A stretch of DNA of 32,000 nt from an uncultured Erysipelotrichaceae bacterium (GTDB taxonomy: Bacteria; Bacillota_I; Bacilli_A; Erysipelotrichales; Erysipelotrichaceae): the NCBI GenBank assembly GCA_942492995.1, contig OW818653.1, forward strand, positions 1,410,001-1,442,000. The letters run 5' to 3'. Below, piece after piece: positions 1-9,093 of this stretch; position 1 is the first letter of the stretch, and each line of letters opens with the position of its first letter. The notes under the pieces were generated by a model. That model was not told the DNA's origin and searched no databases. It worked only from the letters and a program-made list of their open reading frames with translations. The translations under genes were made by a program, and so were the position numbers.

Positions 1-889
1 TCTTACCTAACTGAAATGCCATACCACATTCAAATGATACATCGTCGTTAGGTTCTAACCCATGATAGTCATTTAAGTTCGCAAGAATTAAATCACAATT
101 ACGCACATGTTGTTGGTAATGATCAAATTGATTGTATGCCATTTCGTACACATCATCACTTTCAACGTGTTCTACCATTGGCGCATCATCTAATGGACTT
201 ATTGCGACTAAACCATACATATCACATATCTTTTTCATTTCTTCTAATTTATTTTTTGCGTCATTATCATAACGTTCGAATGTAGATAGGTAAACTCTTG
301 GTTTATCAATTGGTTTAACCGTAGGTTGCGGGTCCGCATCAAGAATAAAAACATTCCGATTTGCCTTTAACTTTGAATCTTCTTCAATATCTGTTTTAAA
401 CATATTTAGTGCGTCAGTAAAATTACCTTCTATTATTTTAGTCGATCCAACAATACATGGACCAAATGGTAATTCTTTATGCGGCAATACTCTTCCATCG
501 ATATCATAAAGTTCATTCCCTTTATAAATCGCATTCCCATATTTCATTCGTTCAGGACGTTTATCACGTGTAAATCCATAGAGTTTTGCGCCCTTAGCGT
601 AAGCCATACCCATTTCATATACCGTTCCACCATCCGGAACACAACCACGATAGTTCTCAAGATTCGCTATGATGCATGTTGTTTGATTCATTGAATCTCT
701 ACAGTTCTTGAATATTGCGGAACTAAATTGACGTTTATTTCCTTCTTCGTACTCTAAAACATTTTCATTTGGTAACGCGACTTTAAAGCCATTAAATTCC
801 GCTTCTTTACGTAGTGCATGCCACATTCCATAACCATTCTTATAAAAACAGAGTGGTCCTGCAATATACAAACTTTCATCTTTATTCAT
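1..889 (-). CDS. Nucleoside 2-deoxyribosyltransferase-like protein with two tandem domains (5' part of the gene; C-terminus lies beyond the left edge)
   Basis: Absent from the ORF track because it runs off the window. My manual minus-strand translation from the ATG at 889 (GAGGAA at 895-900) is open to position 1: MNKDESLYIAGPLCFYKNGYGMWH...NLENYRGCVPDGGTVYEMGMAYAKG..., then a second copy ...PRVYLSTFERYD...NLNDYHGLEPNDDVSFECGMAFQLGK. Both halves carry the D-x-[GD]-[TVS]-x-[YF]-E-x-G-x-A signature I associate with the deoxyribosyltransferase fold. Confidence 0.6.
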   Translation of the reverse strand, partial: MNKDESLYIAGPLCFYKNGYGMWHALRKEAEFNGFKVALPNENVLEYEEGNKRQFSSAIFKNCRDSMNQTTCIIANLENYRGCVPDGGTVYEMGMAYAKGAKLYGFTRDKRPERMKYGNAIYKGNELYDIDGRVLPHKELPFGPCIVGSTKIIEGNFTDALNMFKTDIEEDSKLKANRNVFILDADPQPTVKPIDKPRVYLSTFERYDNDAKNKLEEMKKICDMYGLVAISPLDDAPMVEHVESDDVYEMAYNQFDHYQQHVRNCDLILANLNDYHGLEPNDDVSFECGMAFQLGK

Positions 890-957
890 GATAATTCCTC
901 TTGTTTATTCTGTAGTTTAATTTTAACTTAGAATCGATTCATTTTCACTAAATTCGT

Positions 958-1752
958 TTATAGATTAAACAATTCCACAAATGCTTTTGCCAATCCATCG
1001 TCATCTACGGAACTTGTAACATAATCAGCACTCTGTTTGACTTCATCACTCGCATTGCCCATCGCTATTCCATGGCCAACAAGTTCTAACATTTCAATGT
1101 CATTCATTCCATCTCCGAATGCGTATGAATCTTCTCGTTTTAATCCAACATGGTTTGTTAAAAATACACATGAACTACCTTTTGTGACACCAGGTAGATG
1201 CATATCCATACGAATCGATTCTTCATCGTATGCATGTATAATCCAATCTTCAGGCATTTCTGCTTTTGCGTTCCACATACTTGCCGCATCATCGAATACA
1301 CCTGTTGTGGCAGTACATTTAATCTGATCCACATCAAATGGCAAAAATATTTTATCAACTAGTTTAACATCTAATCCAAAATGTACCATATGATCAATTG
1401 CTAAGTCTTTTCTATCAGGATTTACCCATTGTCCGATAACACCTGAAAAGATTAATCCTGCATTGTATTTTTCAATAACCGATTTTTGAAGCAATAATTG
1501 ATCTTTTGAAAAGCAATTGTTCAATAATATTTCATTGTGAAATTCTATGTATTGTCCATTACTAAATACAAATCCATCAAACATATCTTTCATTAATCCT
1601 AATGGCAATTTCGAACGAGATGTCGCTAAAATTAATAAATTACCTTTTTCACGAAATTTTCTAAATGCGTCTAAACAATTTTCTGTTGGTAGATTTAATC
1701 CACTTGGGTAATTTAATATCGTTCCATCAATATCTACGAATGCTATTTTCAT
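958..1752 (-). CDS. Cof-type HAD-IIB family hydrolase (sugar/other phosphatase)
   Basis: 264 aa. N-terminal FVDIDGTIL motif (HAD motif I), TSR (motif II) and C-terminal GDGMNDIEML (motif IV). GAGGA RBS upstream of the ATG at 1752. Sits directly upstream of the deoxyribosyltransferase-like gene on the same strand. Confidence 0.85.
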   Translation of the reverse strand: MKIAFVDIDGTILNYPSGLNLPTENCLDAFRKFREKGNLLILATSRSKLPLGLMKDMFDGFVFSNGQYIEFHNEILLNNCFSKDQLLLQKSVIEKYNAGLIFSGVIGQWVNPDRKDLAIDHMVHFGLDVKLVDKIFLPFDVDQIKCTATTGVFDDAASMWNAKAEMPEDWIIHAYDEESIRMDMHLPGVTKGSSCVFLTNHVGLKREDSYAFGDGMNDIEMLELVGHGIAMGNASDEVKQSADYVTSSVDDDGLAKAFVELFNL

Positions 1753-1811
1753 TTTAATCCTCGCCTTTTCATTTTTTTAATTTCACTTCTATATGATAAG
1801 ATTAGAGTATC

Positions 1812-2666
1812 ATGTTATTCAACAAACTTAAAACACTCAATAATCTGACTCATCAGGAACAAGCTGTCGTTCAATACATTGTGGATCATCCAAGTGATTT
1901 ACTTAAAATGAACATCAATGATTTAGCTATTTTAAGCTATTCTAGTACCTCAACTATCGTACGTTTATGCAAGAAACTAGGATTTAAAGGATTTACAGAT
2001 TTTAAGATTACATATGTATCAGAATTCTCACTCTTCCTCGAACAACAGGAACATCTTTTGGATATTCCATTTACTCCAAAATCGAGTTTAGACGATGTCG
2101 TAAGTCGATTACCCATGATATATCAAAAGGCAATTGATCAGACGCGTTCTATGTTTGATTATGATGTATTGTCTCGTTGTATTAAGATGATACAAAATAG
2201 TAAGCATATTGGAATTTACGGAACAGGATTAAACTTCGATCTCGCTAAGATGTACCAATATAAATTCGAAGAAGTTGGCGTTTCATCCATTGCGTATGAT
2301 TCTGCACATTGGCAACACCTCTCACGTTTGAAACTCCATGATATCCCTAGTTTTGCGATACTAATTTCATTAACTGGTACAAATCCAATTATCTTGGATA
2401 TCGCTAAACGTATGAATTCATTAAGTATTCCTACGTTATGTATTTCTGGAAGAGATAATAATAAATTAAGTTCTTTGTGTACCGAAAATATTCGTATAAT
2501 CGATGTCGCAAATACCTTAGAGCTCTATAATCTTACATCTGCGATTGCGGCGCAATACATTCTTGATATCTTTGTCGCAATGAGTGTCGTAAAGAATTAT
2601 GAAGAAATACTATCCATTACTAACGAAACGACAATAAATCTTAATAAACTAATCTCAACTAAATAA
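1812..2666 (+). CDS. MurR/RpiR family transcriptional regulator (HTH_6 + SIS domain)
   Basis: 284 aa. N-terminal LTHQEQAVVQYIVDHP...INDLAILSYSSTSTIVRLCKKLGFKGFTDFK matches the RpiR-type HTH. The C-terminal half has the SIS-like IGIYGTG...ILISLTG pattern. Divergent from the HAD gene. Confidence 0.85.
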   Translation: MLFNKLKTLNNLTHQEQAVVQYIVDHPSDLLKMNINDLAILSYSSTSTIVRLCKKLGFKGFTDFKITYVSEFSLFLEQQEHLLDIPFTPKSSLDDVVSRLPMIYQKAIDQTRSMFDYDVLSRCIKMIQNSKHIGIYGTGLNFDLAKMYQYKFEEVGVSSIAYDSAHWQHLSRLKLHDIPSFAILISLTGTNPIILDIAKRMNSLSIPTLCISGRDNNKLSSLCTENIRIIDVANTLELYNLTSAIAAQYILDIFVAMSVVKNYEEILSITNETTINLNKLISTK

Positions 2667-2794
2667 AACACATTGGTAAATATCTGGACAAATGATTTTC
2701 CGTTTCCAATGTGTCATGACAAGAACCTGCAAGATCACATTTTGGGATGTGATGGTTCTATACTTAGATTTAAACATGTTAAATTAATATGAAC

Positions 2795-2826
2795 AATGTT
2801 CCAAATAGAAATTGGAACATTTTTTC
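2795..2826 (+). terminator. Rho-independent terminator candidate
   Basis: AATGTTCCAA (2795-2804), 7-nt loop, TTGGAACATT (2812-2821), then TTTTT. It lies about 130 nt after the RpiR stop codon. Confidence 0.55.
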
Positions 2827-2906
2827 ATTTATCTAAATCGATTGAGATATAAATGAAATAATTGCGAAAATTACTACCATAGAATTCTTATCGTAAACAC
2901 TATTGT

Positions 2907-2933
2907 AAACAAAAACCATCCAATAGGATGGTT
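2907..2933 (-). terminator. Weak rho-independent terminator at the end of the glutamate mutase/methylaspartase operon
   Basis: Inverted repeat AACCATCC (2914-2921) / GGATGGTT (2926-2933) with a 4-nt loop. On the minus strand it is followed by TTTGTTT. The stem overlaps the stop codon at 2932-2934. Confidence 0.4.
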
Positions 2934-3249
2934 AGAAATCAAATTCTAGATCAAGTAATGGCGCATGTTGTTGAGCACCATAGACATCGGTTTCACGAAT
3001 ATCACCACTGCACATTGGACGAATGATTGTTGCTTTAATCGCATGGGCAGGAATAAATTCAATAATATTTATTACATCTTCAACTTTTATTTGATACAAA
3101 CGTGCAATGAGTTCAGGGTTTATGCATTTGTGTTCACACATTAATCTAAATGTTTCATCATCCTTTAGGATAATATCGAAGGTAATTTCATAAGGTCCTG
3201 AATTCTTAGAACGTATGACTTTCGCCATATCAATTAGTTTACGTTTCAT
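2932..3249 (-). CDS. DUF4387 domain protein (AtuA C-terminal-like small subunit)
   Basis: The ORF-track entry runs 2932-3270. I prefer the ATG at 3249 (MKRKLIDMAKVIRSKNSGPYEITFDIILKD...) because GAGG sits 5 nt upstream, immediately after the TGA of the preceding gene. The VIRSKN(S/A)GP(Y/F)E.T.D motif is what I recognise from DUF4387. Confidence 0.7.
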   Translation of the reverse strand: MKRKLIDMAKVIRSKNSGPYEITFDIILKDDETFRLMCEHKCINPELIARLYQIKVEDVINIIEFIPAHAIKATIIRPMCSGDIRETDVYGAQQHAPLLDLEFDF

Positions 3250-3256
3250 TGGTGCC

Positions 3257-4609
3257 TCACAATTGTACAATCGTACGTTTAAACATACCGACAGGATCTG
3301 TCACTTCAATAAGATGATATAGGCTAAAATTATACACAGCTCCGACTTTGAAATCGGATGGTGAGTAAGGGAATGCTAGATTACCCGCTGTCGCAATACG
3401 TCCTTCATATCCATAATGTAACATCGTACTTCGCGCAAAACTACAGATGGTATTTGCGACTTCCTGAGTACTCGCTACCGCATCGATTACGATGCAGAGT
3501 TCATGTGAATGTATTTCTTTGATTGGTTCAAGTTCACCCATGACACCATTCTTACCATATACCTTAAAGTTTAAATGATAATCTTTTAAATCTTTGAAGT
3601 TATCTTTTACTCTTAATTCAACACCTTGAATTATTGAATCGATTTCTCGAATGAAGATTGGATCTCGTACTCCGGCAATACTAACGGTTCTAAACCCAAC
3701 ACATTTAGCTGCCTCAAGTTTAATCGTATAAGGATTGGATGGAATATATACACTACCTTTAACCTCAACTTGTTCATCGTTTAATTGAGTAAAAGTTGTA
3801 TTGTGTAGATCAATGGTTCCACCAGGACCTGGTAGAATATAAGGATTTGTTTTTTCGTAGAGTGTATGTGCACTAACACTTAATGTCGTACATTTACGGA
3901 TTGGATTAAGTGTTTGCAAGATAAATGAATCCTCTGTAATCGTTCCAAACATACAATCACTTCCACTACCTGGACTTGACGCAATTGCGGCACATTCCAA
4001 TATCTTTCCACAATGGAGTGCTAAACCTGGATCAAATCCTCTTAATATCGGAAGAGCTGCGAAAACGGTTGGGTCATAAGCACGACCCGCAATAATCACA
4101 TCTACATTTTCTTTAAGCGCTTCAATAAATGGTTCTACACCCATTTGACCTACAATATAAGTCGAGTCTTTAATATCATCTTTTGTACAAACTGGTGCTG
4201 GATGTAAAGGCTTTATCTTACCTTCATCAAATGCTTTATACAGTAATTCTTTGTCAATATCTGCTTCAATAATTGCCATTTTAAAATGTAGATTATTTTC
4301 TTTTGCGATTTCTTCCACAATCTTTACGGTCCAATCAAGATGTGGTTTTGCGCCACTACCTCCAGCTGTCCCAACAAGTACAGGAATATTGTGTTCAATA
4401 CCTGCTTGAATCATTATGCCTAAATCACGTTTAACGGCATAGTAATCGGTAAATGAAACGCCAGCTCCAAGATAATATGGTCCAGGATCTGTAGAACCAG
4501 CATCAACTGCGATACAATCTGGTTTAAGTTTCATCCCTGCTTCAAAACTAGACATCGGAAATCCATAACCAAGAATCGCAGTAGTGGATAGTATTTTTAC
4601 ACTTTTCAT
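3257..4609 (-). CDS. DUF1446 (AtuA-like, acyclic terpene utilisation family) protein
   Basis: 450 aa. N-terminal ...ILGYGF...PDCIAVDAGSTDPGPYYLGAG... is typical of DUF1446. The start ATG overlaps the methylaspartate ammonia-lyase stop by 4 nt (4606-4609). Confidence 0.8.
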   Translation of the reverse strand: MKSVKILSTTAILGYGFPMSSFEAGMKLKPDCIAVDAGSTDPGPYYLGAGVSFTDYYAVKRDLGIMIQAGIEHNIPVLVGTAGGSGAKPHLDWTVKIVEEIAKENNLHFKMAIIEADIDKELLYKAFDEGKIKPLHPAPVCTKDDIKDSTYIVGQMGVEPFIEALKENVDVIIAGRAYDPTVFAALPILRGFDPGLALHCGKILECAAIASSPGSGSDCMFGTITEDSFILQTLNPIRKCTTLSVSAHTLYEKTNPYILPGPGGTIDLHNTTFTQLNDEQVEVKGSVYIPSNPYTIKLEAAKCVGFRTVSIAGVRDPIFIREIDSIIQGVELRVKDNFKDLKDYHLNFKVYGKNGVMGELEPIKEIHSHELCIVIDAVASTQEVANTICSFARSTMLHYGYEGRIATAGNLAFPYSPSDFKVGAVYNFSLYHLIEVTDPVGMFKRTIVQL

Positions 4610-5856
4610 ACGTTTGCCTTTCGTGCAGTATCGAGTGCGATAATTCGTTGCATTTCATTGTATACAATCATGAATCCTTCATCGACGCCCATTCCAGGTT
4701 TCGCAAGAATTTGACATGGTTGCGTTGCCATCGCTAAATGTACACATGTTTTAGCACTTAAATCAGTCTCGTTACATGTACCACCTTGGTATGCCCCAAT
4801 TCCTTTTTCCTTACAATAAAGTACAGCTTCAACGGTATTCTGTATACCACCTAAATCAGGTGTTTTAATCTGTACCATATGACCAGCTTTCATATCCGCA
4901 AACTCCATAATATCTTCAAGCGTATTACACCATTCATCCGCAACTATCTCAACATCAATCTTTCTTTGATCGAGTTTTTCAGTGATTATTTTAAGGCCTA
5001 ACATCGTCTTTTCACGATTATCGAAATCAACTGGACCTTCAATTCTTAAATGATATGGTCCGCTTGCGACACGTAATGTTTCAAGATAATCGACCATCGC
5101 ATCATAATCTTCTTTAAAGATAATGCCTAATGTCCCATACACATCGATATGAAATACCGGATTATAGTCTTCTGAATTTTTATGTTCATCAATACGTTGT
5201 CTTAACCATTTAACATACTCAAGTAACTTCTCACCTTGATAACCAAGTTTACTTTCAACATGATTAATCAAACCATGCGGTAAAACAGCACTTCCTTTAA
5301 GTATCATTTTATCTACATTGTCATAGCGATTATCGCCACTTTGACTGAAAATAGGGATTAACTCATGACTTACTTCAGTATGATATTCTTCCGCAATGAT
5401 ATTTGCCATTTGGGTATGTTTCGATTTCGCAATCGCATCGAGTAATGCTTGAGTAATTCCATAACGTAGTGCCGTATGAATTCGTTTACCATCAAGTTCT
5501 AAATGATCAAATTCATGTGCCATTGATTTAAACGTAGTCATTTCACGATTTAATAAAAGTGGTTTAATTCTCTCTTGAACGATTTGTTTGAACTCTTCTG
5601 CTATAAACAATGGATCTCTTCCACCACAACCACTGTATTGAACAGCACAACAATCGCCCATTCCAACTTGTCCATCTTCAAGGATTAACATAATTGTTAA
5701 TGATTCGCCTGCTTGACGGATACGGTTAAAACCATCAGTTACAGGTTCTCCTATATAGAAGTTACCATCTGATTTAGCACCTTTTTTAATTGCTTTTTGG
5801 TCATCAAAAAAGAATCCTGTTCTTCCACAACTACTTACGACATCAATTATTTTCAT
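4606..5856 (-). CDS. mal: 3-methylaspartate ammonia-lyase (methylaspartase, enolase superfamily)
   Basis: 416 aa. [27 protein letters not shown]..., and [12 protein letters not shown] containing the catalytic-Lys motif known from the Clostridium tetanomorphum enzyme. 4-nt overlap with the end of glmE. Confidence 0.93.
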   Translation of the reverse strand: MKIIDVVSSCGRTGFFFDDQKAIKKGAKSDGNFYIGEPVTDGFNRIRQAGESLTIMLILEDGQVGMGDCCAVQYSGCGGRDPLFIAEEFKQIVQERIKPLLLNREMTTFKSMAHEFDHLELDGKRIHTALRYGITQALLDAIAKSKHTQMANIIAEEYHTEVSHELIPIFSQSGDNRYDNVDKMILKGSAVLPHGLINHVESKLGYQGEKLLEYVKWLRQRIDEHKNSEDYNPVFHIDVYGTLGIIFKEDYDAMVDYLETLRVASGPYHLRIEGPVDFDNREKTMLGLKIITEKLDQRKIDVEIVADEWCNTLEDIMEFADMKAGHMVQIKTPDLGGIQNTVEAVLYCKEKGIGAYQGGTCNETDLSAKTCVHLAMATQPCQILAKPGMGVDEGFMIVYNEMQRIIALDTARKANV

Positions 5857-7310
5857 ATGTTCCCCTTATTAGGACGACCAACGAGTCTTCCTTTACTAAC
5901 TGCATAGATATCATCAATAACCATTTGGAAACTGACTTGTCTACGTTCAACTTCTGCACGTTCTTGTAGTTTCTTGCGATGGAGATCTTTCAATGATTCA
6001 TCAAATGGTAAATTACCAAATTCATAGATTCTTACTGCACCATGATTGTCTCTAGCCGGTAACATCTTTCCTGCATTACATACAGCTGGGGCGAATGGTA
6101 CATCAATTAGTCCTGCTTCAAATGCACGAACAGCAGATAAACCAAAGTTATTTTCACCTAATTTAAGGACTGCTTCTAAAATGCTCTTTGTTTCACGCGT
6201 GATAATGTTCATTTCATCGACGATTTCAGTTGTCTCAAACGCAACTTGATCCTTTAACATCGATGTTAATTGTTTAGTTGTTTTTAATCCATTTGCGTTC
6301 GCTTCGGCAGTTGGGACGCCAAATGCTTCATGTGGAGATTTTACGATTACTTTGGTTGCGCCAGATAAAACGGCTGTCGCAGCTCCCCAACTTATAACCG
6401 CATACGCTTTAGCTTCATCTTGTGGGAAACCACCCATCCATTGATGAAATACGGTAGATACTTTTACATCTTCATACCCAAAACGTTTTAGATATTCTTT
6501 TGTGAGTAAATCAAGTGTACGAATTGCGGCGATATCTTGGGTTTGATTGCCACATTGTCCATACCCTACGGTAATACATTTACACCCTTGTTCAGCGGCT
6601 AATAGACTTTCAAGAATCGCAACACTGTGTGAGATACATGCAGGTACAAGTGTTCCCGTCAATGGACCAAACGGTTCGCGATTAATGGTTACTCCGCGTT
6701 CTTCATAATATCCAATTAAACGATCGACATATTGCCAATCTGTTATTGTTTTCTCTAAAGAATAATTCTTTCCATAAGGAATGTTATAGGAGATTCCACC
6801 CCCTTCATACGATGTGAATCCACCTGCTAAAGTGATTTCTGCTAATAGACGAGCATCTGGAGTTCCATGTCTTACTTGTAGCGGTACATTCAAAGATGAC
6901 ACGATATTGCGACAAACATGAACCCCATGGTTAACTGCAGGAAACCCATTAAGCAATGATTTACCTGTTCTAACACTTTCATCAATACCGGTTTGTGCTT
7001 CAGTATATCGATTGTGTCGTGTATAACTATCGATGGTTGTTGGTAAAAGATCTGCTCCACCTTCATCTTGTAAGAACTTTAATAATTTTATGTGTTCATT
7101 TGGTAATGCGACACCAGCTCTTGGTTGAATCAATGTTTCTTTGTTTAGGATGGCTTGCGCTAAACGATGACTAAATCGTTTCTCATCACTAATTGATTTT
7201 TGATAAGTTATCGCTTCTTCAATATCAACATCTTTTCCTGTACTCCATTGTTTAAGTACTTCTTCTCTTTGTTTAAGAAATTCATCTAACGGAATTTTTT
7301 TATTATACAT
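5853..7310 (-). CDS. glmE: Glutamate mutase (methylaspartate mutase) epsilon/E subunit
   Basis: 485 aa, a TIM-barrel mutase E-chain-like sequence (…[10 protein letters not shown]…[15 protein letters not shown]…). It occupies the canonical position after glmL and before mal. 8-nt overlap with the end of glmL. Confidence 0.92.
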   Translation of the reverse strand: MYNKKIPLDEFLKQREEVLKQWSTGKDVDIEEAITYQKSISDEKRFSHRLAQAILNKETLIQPRAGVALPNEHIKLLKFLQDEGGADLLPTTIDSYTRHNRYTEAQTGIDESVRTGKSLLNGFPAVNHGVHVCRNIVSSLNVPLQVRHGTPDARLLAEITLAGGFTSYEGGGISYNIPYGKNYSLEKTITDWQYVDRLIGYYEERGVTINREPFGPLTGTLVPACISHSVAILESLLAAEQGCKCITVGYGQCGNQTQDIAAIRTLDLLTKEYLKRFGYEDVKVSTVFHQWMGGFPQDEAKAYAVISWGAATAVLSGATKVIVKSPHEAFGVPTAEANANGLKTTKQLTSMLKDQVAFETTEIVDEMNIITRETKSILEAVLKLGENNFGLSAVRAFEAGLIDVPFAPAVCNAGKMLPARDNHGAVRIYEFGNLPFDESLKDLHRKKLQERAEVERRQVSFQMVIDDIYAVSKGRLVGRPNKGNI

Positions 7311-8661
7311 GATGAATACGCTCCATATTTCTCTTTAAGATTCGTAATACTGTGTCGGGATATTTGTTCGCTAATAAACCTAAACAGCTAATAATATAAC
7401 TTTTATCTAAGTAGAATTCACATTGATTAGGCAATAATATCTCTTTATGATTAGGTTGTGATAATGCATTATGTAGGATTGAATACGCATCTTCCGCATA
7501 GATTATCGGTCCACCAATCCCGATAAGTATTTTCACATCGCGACAATCCTTCCCCGTTTGATAATAACTGACACCCATTGGTGTATAACTGGTTTCAAGT
7601 CGTCCTACATGTCTTTCACATGCGATTTCTGTACACCAACTCGCAAGTAGTTTGTCGTATTTTGGATTTGGTACACAATGAACATTATGTTTAATTTCGT
7701 TTAGATATGTTTCTAATTCTGGATCATTGATTTTATCTTTCATTAATTCATATACATTCATTGAACTAAAACGTAACCCTAAATCACCTTCTACACTTCG
7801 TTTCTCTAATGGTTCTTGTAGTCCTTTATATCCAAACTCTTCATTTATAACCAATCGTTGATTCATACTATACACATCTGTTGTGGCACCACCGATATCA
7901 ATGGCCATTAAATCGCCTAGTCCACTCTCAGTTAATGTACCTTTGGATAAGAGCTTTAGAGCTTCCATAACACTTGATGGGGTAGGTAGTACAATATCAT
8001 CCACAAGTTCACTTAAACGTGATAACCCACGTGCTTTTATGATTGATTTTAGAAATAACTCACGTATCTTCTCTTTACACTCGTCTACTTCTAATACACC
8101 ATAGGTAGGCATTACATTTGCGCAAAGTATGCATTCAAATCCATTTTGTTCAAGTAATGTCTTGATCTCGTCTTGACATGATTTATTGCCTGCATAGATG
8201 ATTGGAAAGCGTGATTTTAGTTTAATTAACTGATTCGCATTAGTTCGAACACTGGTTTGGTTACCACCATCTGTTCCACCACTAAGTAATAAAATATCAC
8301 AATTCGAAGATTCTATGTGTTCCAGTTCAGATTGATTTAATTCAAACGAATACGATTGAATAACTTTAGCCCCAGCACTATAACACGCTAGACGAGCTGC
8401 TTTAAGGGTTAAATCCGGAACTAATCCAATCGCAATCATACGCAATCCACCTTTAGCAGAACTACACACTAATGTTTCATGAATTGTAATATGATCTAAA
8501 ACATCTTTCATTTTAGATTTTATCTTCTCTATCCCAATCGAAATATCTGTACTTGACGTTGTAAAATCACTCGCATGTGCAAGTATTTTCTCTTGATCTG
8601 TATCAACGATACAACCCTTTGTATAGGTTGATCCAACATCAAATAAACAGTAATTAGGCAT
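7303..8661 (-). CDS. glmL: Glutamate mutase accessory/reactivating protein GlmL (MutL), ASKHA-fold
   Basis: 452 aa. N-terminal [12 protein letters not shown] phosphate-1-like motif and a later DIGGATTDV motif. Located between glmS and glmE as in clostridial operons. Confidence 0.88.
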   Translation of the reverse strand: MPNYCLFDVGSTYTKGCIVDTDQEKILAHASDFTTSSTDISIGIEKIKSKMKDVLDHITIHETLVCSSAKGGLRMIAIGLVPDLTLKAARLACYSAGAKVIQSYSFELNQSELEHIESSNCDILLLSGGTDGGNQTSVRTNANQLIKLKSRFPIIYAGNKSCQDEIKTLLEQNGFECILCANVMPTYGVLEVDECKEKIRELFLKSIIKARGLSRLSELVDDIVLPTPSSVMEALKLLSKGTLTESGLGDLMAIDIGGATTDVYSMNQRLVINEEFGYKGLQEPLEKRSVEGDLGLRFSSMNVYELMKDKINDPELETYLNEIKHNVHCVPNPKYDKLLASWCTEIACERHVGRLETSYTPMGVSYYQTGKDCRDVKILIGIGGPIIYAEDAYSILHNALSQPNHKEILLPNQCEFYLDKSYIISCLGLLANKYPDTVLRILKRNMERIHHV

Positions 8662-9079
8662 AGAACCCTTGCGCTAATAAATCATTCTTCAAATCTTCAA
8701 TGCCTTGGTTAATATCTGCACCAGGTGGATAAACACGATTAAAACCCATGCCCTTAAATAAATGTTCAACCTCAGTAAAATCAGATTTACCTACGACAAG
8801 GTTTCCACCAATATAGAGCAATATTTTATCCAATCCAGCTTCTTTACACATATCCCCCATACCGCGACAATCCAATTCACCATGTCCATAAAGACTTGAG
8901 ACAATGATAGCCTTTGCGTTAGTCTCAACCGCCGCATCAATAAACTCTTTTTGCGAAACCATAACTCCAAGGTTAATCACATTAAACCCAGCTTGATCAA
9001 ACGCATACGCAATAATACGATTCCCTACCGCATGAACATCTGCCCCAATTACACCAATTACGATATTAATTTTTTCCAC
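8654..9079 (-). CDS. glmS: Glutamate mutase sigma/S subunit (B12-binding)
   Basis: 141 aa. [17 protein letters not shown] carries the DxHxxG cobalamin-binding motif. The size is typical of GlmS/MutS. Confidence 0.93.
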   Translation of the reverse strand: MEKINIVIGVIGADVHAVGNRIIAYAFDQAGFNVINLGVMVSQKEFIDAAVETNAKAIIVSSLYGHGELDCRGMGDMCKEAGLDKILLYIGGNLVVGKSDFTEVEHLFKGMGFNRVYPPGADINQGIEDLKNDLLAQGFYA

Positions 9080-9093
9080 TTCAAATGCGCTCC

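Noticed and set aside
479-694. 71-aa plus-strand ORF
   Set aside because: It lies entirely antisense within the well-supported minus-strand deoxyribosyltransferase-like gene (1-889). Its composition is unlike a real protein and it has no RBS.
1037-1358. ORFs 1037-1327 (+) and 1158-1358 (-) inside the HAD gene
   Set aside because: Both lie within 958-1752, whose product carries all the HAD motifs. They are alternative-frame or antisense shadows.
6046-8104. Small plus-strand ORFs 6046-6249 and 7883-8104
   Set aside because: They are antisense to glmE and glmL respectively, and they lack start-site context.
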